Source of the DNA: a virus
Taxonomy: Duplodnaviria; Heunggongvirae; Uroviricota; Caudoviricetes
IMG/VR virus record: IMGVR_UViG_3300028581_000022
Location: 64,001-97,255 of that record
Reading direction: 5' to 3' (one strand)
DNA length: 33,255 nt
The notes beneath the pieces are model-generated. The model searched no databases, was not told the origin of the DNA, and worked only from the letters and a program-made list of their open reading frames with translations. The position numbers were made by a program, and so were the translations under genes. Of the stretch, positions 1 to 8,077 are shown one piece after another (position 1 is the stretch's first letter; every line of letters begins with the position of its first letter).

Positions 1-938
1 CCAAAAAAATGGCGTTTAAAACAATGGTAACTGAGTTACTTTGGTTTCTACGTGGTGATACTAATATTAAATTCCTTGTTGATAATGGTTGTCATATTTG
101 GGATGGTGATGCGTATAAGAACTATTTGAAAGTGGAAGGAAAAAAGTTCCATGAAAGTACCAAAGAACTTCGCAAATGGGCTACAGTAGAAGGTCCGTTT
201 GGACCTGGTGGTCTTCTTAAAAAAGAAGAATTCATCCACAAAATAAAAACAGATGATGAGTTTGCTAAGAAGTGGGGTGAACTCGGAAAGGTATATGGGC
301 ATCAATGGAGAAGTTGGGGCGAAAGAAGGCACGATTCAATTGATAACGAGTACTTTATTGGTATAGACCAAATTGCAAACCTAATTAACAAGTTAAAAAC
401 CAATCCTGATGATAGAAGAATGATTGTCACAGCATGGAACCCATCAGAAGTTGATGATTGCGTTTTACCACCTTGCCATTATGGATTTCAAGTTTATACA
501 AGAGAGTTGAGTGAAAGTGAAAGATTTATTTGGTATGGAGATAAAATAGGTTCACATATGCATCATGACCATATTGAACAGGAAATGAATGAAAATAATG
601 TTCCAACCAGAGCAATCTCTTTAATGTTTAATATGAGGTCAACTGATGTGGGGTTGGGGTTAGGGTTTAATTTAGCTTCTTACGGACTATTATTATTAAT
701 GATTGCTAAACAAGTAAATATGGTTCCAGATGAACTTATCTATACTGGAGGAGATGTTCATTTATATAGTAATCACATAGAACCAATAAAAATACAATTA
801 GGTAGAGAACCATTCGAGTTACCGACAGTTAAATTATCTGATAAAATTGTAAGTGATATTTCAGAATATACACTGGATGATATTATTTTAGAAATTTACC
901 AATACCACCATGCTATAAAAATGCCATTATCTAACTAA
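1..938 (+). CDS. thyA: Thymidylate synthase (5'-truncated by the window edge)
   Basis: ThyA motifs ELLWFLRGDTN, LGKVYGHQWRSW, RRMIVTAWNP, catalytic LPPCH, RSTD..LG..FN.ASY and GDVHLYSNH are present. The frame is open to the window start (..T-K-K-M-A-F, part of the TTKK motif), so ATG 9 is internal. Confidence 0.97.
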   Translation, partial: KKMAFKTMVTELLWFLRGDTNIKFLVDNGCHIWDGDAYKNYLKVEGKKFHESTKELRKWATVEGPFGPGGLLKKEEFIHKIKTDDEFAKKWGELGKVYGHQWRSWGERRHDSIDNEYFIGIDQIANLINKLKTNPDDRRMIVTAWNPSEVDDCVLPPCHYGFQVYTRELSESERFIWYGDKIGSHMHHDHIEQEMNENNVPTRAISLMFNMRSTDVGLGLGFNLASYGLLLLMIAKQVNMVPDELIYTGGDVHLYSNHIEPIKIQLGREPFELPTVKLSDKIVSDISEYTLDDIILEIYQYHHAIKMPLSN

Positions 939-999
939 CTTTTATAAATTCGTATATATTTATCTTAAAGAACAATAAAATAAAGTATAAAATAATATT

Positions 1000-1251
1000 A
1001 TGAAAAATATAAACTTAGGGTTAAAAGTTAGAATAGCTTTATTAGAACAAGCCGAAAGTCTTAGATATTCACAAATAGTAGCTAATAACATCAGAGATGA
1101 GGCACTGGGCAAATCAGAAGAAGAAATTATCGAATTAATTTATGACTATGTTTTTAATGACAAATTAACAGGTCAAAAAAACGAAAATAGAACTAATAAT
1201 ATAGTTTATGGCGATGAAGATTTCATTTCCGATGTTTTATGGGTATTATAA
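1000..1251 (+). CDS. Hypothetical protein (83 aa)
   Basis: ORF with an A-rich upstream region and a TATTTAT motif at 957-963. No recognisable family. Confidence 0.7.
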   Translation: MKNINLGLKVRIALLEQAESLRYSQIVANNIRDEALGKSEEEIIELIYDYVFNDKLTGQKNENRTNNIVYGDEDFISDVLWVL

Positions 1252-1254
1252 ATT

Positions 1255-1443
1255 ATGGAAAAAGTATTAATTAGGCTCCCTAATGATTCCTATTTTGAGG
1301 AGATGCCAATTTTTTTATCAAGATTTAAAGTTGAAAAAGAATTTGAAGATGAAATTTTTGGTTGGTATGACAATACCTACATAAGTATTAAAAAAACTAA
1401 TGAAATAAGTTATATGTCGAATTTGATGGGGTTGAAAATATAA
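1255..1443 (+). CDS. Hypothetical protein (62 aa)
   Basis: Starts 3 nt after the previous stop and is followed by a terminator. Confidence 0.65.
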   Translation: MEKVLIRLPNDSYFEEMPIFLSRFKVEKEFEDEIFGWYDNTYISIKKTNEISYMSNLMGLKI

Positions 1444-1481
1444 AAATAATATTCATAAAATAAGTTCATTAAGATAATAAT

Positions 1482-1508
1482 AAAAGCACCAAGATAGGTG
1501 CTTTTTTT
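1482..1508 (+). terminator. Rho-independent terminator
   Basis: AAAAGCACC-aagata-GGTGCTTTT hairpin running into a T tract. Confidence 0.85.
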
Positions 1509-1519
1509 GTTTTTACTGA

Positions 1520-1527
1520 TATTTATA
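1520..1527 (+). promoter_or_regulatory. Putative phage late promoter core (TATTTATA)
   Basis: Recurrent motif, 16 nt before ATG 1544, with CTTTT 14 nt upstream (1501-1505). Confidence 0.65.
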
Positions 1528-1543
1528 AGAAAATATTTTAAAG

Positions 1544-1789
1544 ATGCCAAAGTTTAATCATATATATTCAATAATAGTACCTGCTCAAAGTCCTATATTT
1601 TCAGCTCACACGTATAGTGAAGTGTATGGAGGGTCAGCTGGTTGTTCAGCTATAATAAACGGTACCAGTATTAATGTTGACGCTGGTTCGACAGTGTCTA
1701 TTTTAATTAGAAGTATAAGTGGTGGTACTGGTTGTTTCTTACTAGGTGATAATAATGATGTTTACCAAGGAAGTACAGATGTTAGGTAA
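1544..1789 (+). CDS. Small beta-rich, Gly/Ser-rich protein, probably virion-associated
   Basis: 81-aa ORF with its own TATTTATA motif, at the head of the late cluster. Function inferred from context only. Confidence 0.7.
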   Translation: MPKFNHIYSIIVPAQSPIFSAHTYSEVYGGSAGCSAIINGTSINVDAGSTVSILIRSISGGTGCFLLGDNNDVYQGSTDVR

Positions 1790-1807
1790 TTTTAATCTTT
1801 AGTAATA

Positions 1808-1815
1808 TATTTATA
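1808..1815 (+). promoter_or_regulatory. Putative phage late promoter core (TATTTATA)
   Basis: Same motif, 15 nt before ATG 1831. Confidence 0.65.
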
Positions 1816-1830
1816 TAAAAACAATAAAAA

Positions 1831-2967
1831 ATGTTAAACAACTTTAAAATATTAAAAGTTAAAAATATAACTGAAACAAGTTTTACCATTGATGCTATTG
1901 TAGAAGGCGAAAGAGTATCAGTTGAATTTAAAAGAAGTGATTTGATTGAAGAACCGTTGGCATATGATGAACCATGGGTATATTCTTTTGAGTCAATTAA
2001 TTCACCAGATGGTAATGTTTATTCAATTAATGCAACTTATTTTGGTAACCCAAGAACTAATTTAGAATTTGATGAAGTTGATACTGATAGTTTAGAACAA
2101 ATAAATAAAATTAATGAAAACATATTTCCTATGAAAAAAGCTATAATTAGCCCAGTTGGTCTTAAAGGTAATGAAATCAACGAAAGAATGAAACAATTGA
2201 TGGGAATTCAATCAATTAATGAAAACAAATCTAACATTGTTGTTGAATTAACCAAGATAGGACCTGATGGTAATGCTTATGCTATCATAAGAGAAAACCA
2301 TGAATGGTACATTAAAAAAGCTAGTAAAACCAAAAATTTGGTAGCAGAAGACTTTAAGTATATTGGTGGTTTGCAAAACAAAAAACAAGAAGCTTATCCA
2401 TCATATGCAAAAGCTATAAAACATTTGAATCTTAAATTCAGAAGTCTAGCTGAAGCATACAACTATGATGGTGAAATTAATGTATTTTTGAATGATAATT
2501 TATTGTCAGAAATGGCTATGGCTGCTGGGTTTTCTGAAATGAAAGGTAATGGATTTACTGGTGAAGGAAACTTAGAAGGTAACAAACCAATGGATGAAAT
2601 GTATATGGAGGAAGTTGAAATGACCGAGGCTGAAATGGCCATTGATGAAATGATTGCTAAAGAAGAACTTAAAGGCAGTCAGAAAAAACTTGACGTAGCT
2701 GAACCAAAAGGTGAACTAACAGCTGCTGATTTTAAAAAATTAAGAGCTGGTAAAAAAGGTATGGAAGAAGGTGAAGAAATGACGGCAAAAGAAAAGAAAT
2801 TTGCTGCTTTGGCTGAACCTAAAAACAAAATTACTTACGCTGATAAAATAGCTGGTGCTAAAAAAGGTGATGTGAAAGAATCTAAGCTTTCAATTCTTAG
2901 TGCTTTAAAAGATTTTGATTCAATAATTGACAGTATTGCTGAAGGTGAAGTAAAAAAAAAAGTCTAA
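1831..2967 (+). CDS. Acidic putative internal head protein, 0-frame product (378 aa); N-terminal part of a predicted frameshift fusion
   Basis: Long ORF rich in Glu, Met and Lys with many [ILV]-x-E motifs (INE, LSE, IDE, VKE, IAE). It ends in GTA AAA AAA AAA GTC TAA. Confidence 0.85.
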   Translation: MLNNFKILKVKNITETSFTIDAIVEGERVSVEFKRSDLIEEPLAYDEPWVYSFESINSPDGNVYSINATYFGNPRTNLEFDEVDTDSLEQINKINENIFPMKKAIISPVGLKGNEINERMKQLMGIQSINENKSNIVVELTKIGPDGNAYAIIRENHEWYIKKASKTKNLVAEDFKYIGGLQNKKQEAYPSYAKAIKHLNLKFRSLAEAYNYDGEINVFLNDNLLSEMAMAAGFSEMKGNGFTGEGNLEGNKPMDEMYMEEVEMTEAEMAIDEMIAKEELKGSQKKLDVAEPKGELTAADFKKLRAGKKGMEEGEEMTAKEKKFAALAEPKNKITYADKIAGAKKGDVKESKLSILSALKDFDSIIDSIAEGEVKKKV

Positions 2968-4610
2968 AAATTAATTTAGACGAAGAAACAAAATATAAGT
3001 TAAAAATAGCAGCTCCTAGCGAGCCAGCTGTTGAGACTCCAATTGAAGAACCTATGGCTGAGCCAACTGCTGAAGAACCAGCAGCGCCAGTTGATGACAT
3101 AGCGCCTGCTGACGCATCATTAGAAGCCCCAGCAACAGATGATAAACCATTTGATGACGAGCCATTTGATGCTGGTGTTGAGGCCGATGAAGAAACGGAC
3201 CCAAAGAAATTTATCCAACAACTAACTGGTAAGTTAGGACAATCCCTTAGAAAATATAACGAAGAGCAAGGTCAACCAGATTTCGAATTAGAGAAATTTG
3301 CGATTAATTCATTATTGTCAGCCACTCACACAGGTGAAATGGACGCTGAAGACCAAAAAGATATCATAAGCAAAGTTAAAAAATCAGGTGTTGGTGACGA
3401 AGAAGCACCAGCAGACACTGAGGCTCCGTCAGAGGAAGCACCAGCTGAAGAACCATCTAGTGATTTAGATTTTGGCGGTGAAGAAGAAATCGAAGAGAAC
3501 ATGTTTATTGACAATCCTAAAAAATTAAGCATATTTGCACCAGAAGGTAGTAAAGAGGCCGAATATCAAAATACACACAATCCTATACAAAAAGAGTCAA
3601 ATAACTACATGTTTTGGCAAAATCTTAAAACCATTCATCACGCTGCTGGTGAATTATTAAAAATGAATTACGATGAAGTTGACGCTTTATTGTCAGATGG
3701 TCATGGATGGGCTTTGGACCATATAGCCACATCTGCTGATGATGTTGAAGAAGTTTATCATTTCATCGAAGGTAGATTAAATGATTACCATGTAGATTCT
3801 GATGACCAATATGAAATGGAAGATGAATGGTCAGCTCCAATGGAATTGCATAAAGAAATGATGGTTTCTGATGATTTAAAATACCATATTGAAAATGAAA
3901 TTCCTTTGAACGAAACAATATATAGAGTCGGTTCAGAAAAATATTTTAATTTGATTAAAGAAGTTAAGTCTTTATATTCAAAAGGGCTTATTAAACTTAA
4001 TGAAAATGATGCATTTATTGTTAATGAATTTGATAATCAATATATCATGCTTGAAGGTAAAAAGGTTAAGATGAACTTTATCTATGAAGAAGCTGAAACA
4101 GAAGAAATAAATGAAGCTGAAAATGTAAAAGTTGGTGACAAATTATATCATAAAAACTCTGATTCTACTTTAGAAGTAATTGATGTTACACCAAAAACAA
4201 TCAGTATGAAAGTTACAAAAACATCTGATAAAACACCTTCATATGTTAAAGTAGGTGATACATCAAAAACTGGTCCAGCTGCTATAGGTAAAACTTACGA
4301 ACTTATTAATGAAGCTGAGTATAAGGGTAAAAAAGTTCAATTAGGTAAACCTAAAAGAGGCGGTTCAAAGAAATTCTATGTTTATGTAAGAGACCCTCAA
4401 TCTGGTAACATTAAAAAAGTATCATTTGGTGCTAAGTCTGGTGGTGGTAACTTGGCTGTTAAGTTAAGAGACCCTAAAGCTAGAAAAGCATTTTCAGATA
4501 GACATAACTGTCCTTCAAAGACAGACAGAACTAGCCCAGGGTATTGGGCTTGCCGTTTGCCAAGATACGCTAAATCATTAGGTTTAGCAGGTGGTGGTAC
4601 ATGGTGGTAA
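2949..4610 (+). CDS. Modular putative internal head protein. First ATG is at 3054, but the frame is open and protein-like from 2949.
   Basis: Pro/Ala/Glu linkers alternate with globular modules (DKPFDDEPFDAGVEADE..PKKFIQQLTGKL; NYMFWQNL..DGHGWALDHI; VSDDLKYHIEN; KVGD SH3/KOW-like; AEYKGKKVQLGKP..SFG..RHNC..YWAC). The last module resembles a small T4-like phage family recalled as DUF6321 (unverified). Confidence 0.85.
   Translation, partial: SKKKSLKINLDEETKYKLKIAAPSEPAVETPIEEPMAEPTAEEPAAPVDDIAPADASLEAPATDDKPFDDEPFDAGVEADEETDPKKFIQQLTGKLGQSLRKYNEEQGQPDFELEKFAINSLLSATHTGEMDAEDQKDIISKVKKSGVGDEEAPADTEAPSEEAPAEEPSSDLDFGGEEEIEENMFIDNPKKLSIFAPEGSKEAEYQNTHNPIQKESNNYMFWQNLKTIHHAAGELLKMNYDEVDALLSDGHGWALDHIATSADDVEEVYHFIEGRLNDYHVDSDDQYEMEDEWSAPMELHKEMMVSDDLKYHIENEIPLNETIYRVGSEKYFNLIKEVKSLYSKGLIKLNENDAFIVNEFDNQYIMLEGKKVKMNFIYEEAETEEINEAENVKVGDKLYHKNSDSTLEVIDVTPKTISMKVTKTSDKTPSYVKVGDTSKTGPAAIGKTYELINEAEYKGKKVQLGKPKRGGSKKFYVYVRDPQSGNIKKVSFGAKSGGGNLAVKLRDPKARKAFSDRHNCPSKTDRTSPGYWACRLPRYAKSLGLAGGGTWW
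2952..2981 (+). other. Candidate -1 programmed frameshift / transcriptional slippage site
   Basis: A10 run (2952-2961) just before the stop, followed by the hairpin GTCTAAA-aattaa-TTTAGAC (2962-2981). The -1 frame is open from 2949 to 4610. Confidence 0.65.
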
Positions 4611-4623
4611 TAAATAATTAACT

Positions 4624-5076
4624 ATGAGTAGAATAACAAAACAAAAACAGCATTTAATTGAGCGTAAAAATAAACAGCTTTTGGGCGAACCAGAAATGGA
4701 ATGTCCAGAAGCGACTCAAGATTTGGAATTAAACACCAAAAATAGAGACGCAGCAATAAATGAACCTCATATTCAATATGGGCCATTAAATGTTGATGAG
4801 CCAGCTGATTTCTGGGAAAAGATAGCTGACCATTGGGACACTAGTGTTGAAGCCGCTATGCAATCTAAATGTGGTAACTGCGTTGCATTTGATATATCAC
4901 CAAGAATGGATGATTGTATGCCAGGTCCTGTATCTGATGACGATGGTAGGCTAGGATATTGTTGGATGCATCATTTTAAATGCCATTCAGCTAGAAGTTG
5001 TAGAACATGGGCCAAGGGTGGTCCTATTGAAGAAGATTCAATCTCCTATAAATGGCAAGAAAAAAATAAAAAGTAA
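4624..5076 (+). CDS. Cys-rich putative metal-binding protein (HiPIP-like Cys spacing)
   Basis: CGNCVAF...GYC-x12-CRTW pattern, with a basic N-terminal leader ending in LLGE. Confidence 0.75.
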   Translation: MSRITKQKQHLIERKNKQLLGEPEMECPEATQDLELNTKNRDAAINEPHIQYGPLNVDEPADFWEKIADHWDTSVEAAMQSKCGNCVAFDISPRMDDCMPGPVSDDDGRLGYCWMHHFKCHSARSCRTWAKGGPIEEDSISYKWQEKNKK

Positions 5077-5077
5077 C

Positions 5078-6778
5078 ATGAAACCATATACAGAACAAAA
5101 AAGTGGAAACATAATTAGAAGGACATTTTCGCATCTTGTTGAAAGTGAAGAACTGGTATGGCATCGTGATAGTGAAGATAGAATAGTTATTCCTTTAAAC
5201 GAAAACGATTGGATGGTTCAATTTGATAATGAATTACCTAAAAAGTTAAATGTTAATGAAGAGTTTTTCATACCAAAAAACACATTTCATAGAGTTATCA
5301 AAGGTTCTGTAGATTTGATGGTTGAAATCATAGAAACCAAATTTGAAGATGATGAATTAGTTGTTTATGAGGCTATTGAAGAGGGTAAAAAGAAAAAAGG
5401 TAAAAAGGATGCTTGTTATCATAAAGTAAGGGCTAGATATGACGTATGGCCATCAGCTTATGGGTCAGGTTCCTTGGTTCAATGTCGTAAAGTCGGTGCT
5501 GCTAATTGGGGAAATAAAACTAATGAAAATAAAGAAGAATTTCAAAATAAAGCTTTAGAAAAGATAAATAAAGTCGGTGGTTTTAATAATTTACCAGATA
5601 TAGATAAATTGGCTTTACTTGGCGGAACAAATGATGATAAGCTTAAAAAATTAAATTTAGGTAAAATTTTTAAACAAAATGGTGGTACTTTTGGTAAATT
5701 GGAAATAAAAGTTAAAGTAAAAAGTGTTAATGAACAACCGATTAACCATAAATTTAGTAAAGAATTTGCTGGTGAAGAGGGTTATTTATTTCCTTATATT
5801 AATTATACTGATGATAATGAGCCATATGTTACTGTTAGATTTGATAAGTTTGTTAGTAATTTAAATAGCTTTGGTGGTGGAAATTATGAAGAAAGACCAA
5901 TAATGTTAGACAATATTTATCCAATTGATTATGATGAAATAAAAAGTGAATTTGTTAAATATCAAAATAAAATAGATTTTGAAAGAGATGAATTTAAAAA
6001 ATCATTTGATGATTTGGAAAATATTGAAGAAAAATGGTCTGAAAAATACAAAAGAAGCATAGATTGTAATAATCCAAAAGGATTTAGCCAAAGAGCTCAT
6101 TGTCAAGGTAGAAAAAAAAGAAATGAATCCATAGAAGACAGAGAAAAATATTCAAAAGAAATGATTAAAAAAGCGCATGATGCAATTACCAGAAGAAAAG
6201 GTAAAAACTATGCGCCAGATGTTCATGAACTACAAGCTTGGATTGACAATTATTTAAAAATAAACAATATTGAATTAGACGAAGTCAAAAAAACTGACTT
6301 TTCAAAAGAAAAAGAACAGGGTCTTCATGGTTGGTTTTCTAGAAAAGGTGGTGAAGGAAAATCTCAAGGATGGGTTGATTGCAACACATGCAGAAAAGAC
6401 ACTAAGACTGGTAGGAAAAAATGCAAATCTTGCGGTAGAAAAGATGGTGAAGAAAGAGCTAAGTATCCAGCTTGTAGACCAACTCCATCTGCTTGTGGGA
6501 CACCTAAAAAGGGTGAAAGCTGGGGTAAAAAAAGCAACGAAAGCTTGTCAATGTTAGAAAATTTAAGTATCTTTGAACCTAAAAACTATATTAAAAATAT
6601 TTTAAGAGAATCATTTAATCAAGAAGACACTATGAGTGAACCAATGACACAACCAGCACCAGTAAAACCTAAAGAGGTTCCAAGTGAGCCGTTTACTGAA
6701 CCTGTTAAACCAAGTAGAAAAAATAAACCTTTTTTACCAATGCCTAACGTACAACCAGACCCAAAAGCTGAAAATTAA
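5078..6778 (+). CDS. Multi-module putative internal head polyprotein (N-terminal cupin-like domain plus basic Cys-containing modules)
   Basis: ATG 5078 (1 nt after the upstream stop) is preferred over 5018. Cupin-like WHRD..E...FIPK..FHRVIKG, followed by the modules DACYHKV..WPSAYGSG..CRK, KWSEKYKRSIDCNNPKGFSQRAHCQG and GWF..WVDCNTC..CKSCGR..YPACRP, then a Pro-rich C-terminus. Confidence 0.85.
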   Translation: MKPYTEQKSGNIIRRTFSHLVESEELVWHRDSEDRIVIPLNENDWMVQFDNELPKKLNVNEEFFIPKNTFHRVIKGSVDLMVEIIETKFEDDELVVYEAIEEGKKKKGKKDACYHKVRARYDVWPSAYGSGSLVQCRKVGAANWGNKTNENKEEFQNKALEKINKVGGFNNLPDIDKLALLGGTNDDKLKKLNLGKIFKQNGGTFGKLEIKVKVKSVNEQPINHKFSKEFAGEEGYLFPYINYTDDNEPYVTVRFDKFVSNLNSFGGGNYEERPIMLDNIYPIDYDEIKSEFVKYQNKIDFERDEFKKSFDDLENIEEKWSEKYKRSIDCNNPKGFSQRAHCQGRKKRNESIEDREKYSKEMIKKAHDAITRRKGKNYAPDVHELQAWIDNYLKINNIELDEVKKTDFSKEKEQGLHGWFSRKGGEGKSQGWVDCNTCRKDTKTGRKKCKSCGRKDGEERAKYPACRPTPSACGTPKKGESWGKKSNESLSMLENLSIFEPKNYIKNILRESFNQEDTMSEPMTQPAPVKPKEVPSEPFTEPVKPSRKNKPFLPMPNVQPDPKAEN

Positions 6779-7191
6779 TGGCAGATTTGTATCTCATATA
6801 CGTTAATATGGTTGGCAAGGATTATCAAGGTAATTACTTGTTTGAGTTTATATTTTCGGACACAACCAGAAATATTGATGGGGAAGAATGGGACACATTT
6901 CCAGCTTCTGGAAGACCACAGGCGCCACACGACTATTTCATTAAAAAAGTTGGGCGTTTGGAATCAGAGCTAAAATTGGATGTTGTTCAAAATAGTGATA
7001 CATTTGCTGTTTGGGATGCTGTTGATGGGGTTATTGGATTAGCTTGGGAAAATATAAACGCTTATGATTCATACCCAGATAAAAGACTTTGTTTTAAATT
7101 TGGCGAGAAAATAAAAGAAGTCGAAGAAAAATTATATGAAAAAGACCTAATATTAAAATATAATCAAAAATATCATGGAGAAACAAAATAG
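6778..7191 (+). CDS. Hypothetical protein (137 aa)
   Basis: TAATG stop/start overlap with the upstream gene; normal composition. Confidence 0.8.
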   Translation: MADLYLIYVNMVGKDYQGNYLFEFIFSDTTRNIDGEEWDTFPASGRPQAPHDYFIKKVGRLESELKLDVVQNSDTFAVWDAVDGVIGLAWENINAYDSYPDKRLCFKFGEKIKEVEEKLYEKDLILKYNQKYHGETK

Positions 7192-8077
7192 AGTAAACGA
7201 AGCTGATACGCCAACAATCATGGTACCAAAATCAGAATTAAAACAAACATTGTCCGATTTAAAAGGGCAAAAAGTAAATATAGTTCCAATTGACAAGAAA
7301 ATAATGGAAACTGATGGTGTTATTGAACCACAAGACCAAGCAACTATTAAGTATTTGTCAAATGTTAAAGATGCTGAAACAGGTGAGATATCACAACCAT
7401 TTTCAATTGGCGACAAAACATATCAAATGGTTAGAGCATTAACCCCAGATAACAATGTTATTATGGGTGTTTATTGTTTTGATGATATGGACGATAGAGG
7501 AAACAACATTATTCACGATATGCAATATTTTGAAGAGAATATTGCAAACCCAATGAAGGAAGCCGTAGAAATGTCAAATGAGGTAAAAAAACAAGATTCA
7601 ACTTTAGGTTTGGGTGAATACAGACATTATATTGTTAACGAAAAGACTGGTAAGTTCAGAAAATTTAAAACAATAGAGGAGTTGGCTAAGGCGACTATGA
7701 ATGAAGAAGAAAGATACATGAGTATTAGAGAATTTAAAAAATATTTTGAAGGTAAAGTTTTTGGTCCCAAAAAACACATGGTTTCTGAAGTGACACCAAC
7801 TGGTGAAGAGAGTGACGAAGAAATGAATGTAAAAGCAAAAAAACTTATGGACCTTATTAAAAAAAGAATTCCTTCAAATATCGTAGACACTATTAAAACA
7901 CCAGTTGCTAAAAGAGAAGTTATTGCGGCATTTGCTGAAATGATTGGAGTTCCTAGAAATGGGTTGTCACAGTTAATTAGTGGGTTAAAAGACATGTCAA
8001 AAGCTAATACACAACAGCCAGTAACTGAGAGCAAAGTAAAAAGAATTATCAAAGTAAAAGATATTAACAATGAGTAA
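7175..8077 (+). CDS. Hypothetical, putative head-associated protein (300 aa)
   Basis: Overlaps both neighbours. Carries VNE, VKE, VSE and VTE motifs near its ends and domain boundaries. Confidence 0.8.
   Translation: MEKQNRVNEADTPTIMVPKSELKQTLSDLKGQKVNIVPIDKKIMETDGVIEPQDQATIKYLSNVKDAETGEISQPFSIGDKTYQMVRALTPDNNVIMGVYCFDDMDDRGNNIIHDMQYFEENIANPMKEAVEMSNEVKKQDSTLGLGEYRHYIVNEKTGKFRKFKTIEELAKATMNEEERYMSIREFKKYFEGKVFGPKKHMVSEVTPTGEESDEEMNVKAKKLMDLIKKRIPSNIVDTIKTPVAKREVIAAFAEMIGVPRNGLSQLISGLKDMSKANTQQPVTESKVKRIIKVKDINNE

Noticed and set aside
650-665. G-rich GGGGTTGGGGTTAGGG as a G-quadruplex or telomere-like element
   Set aside because: Only three G runs, fully explained by Gly/Leu codons in thyA.
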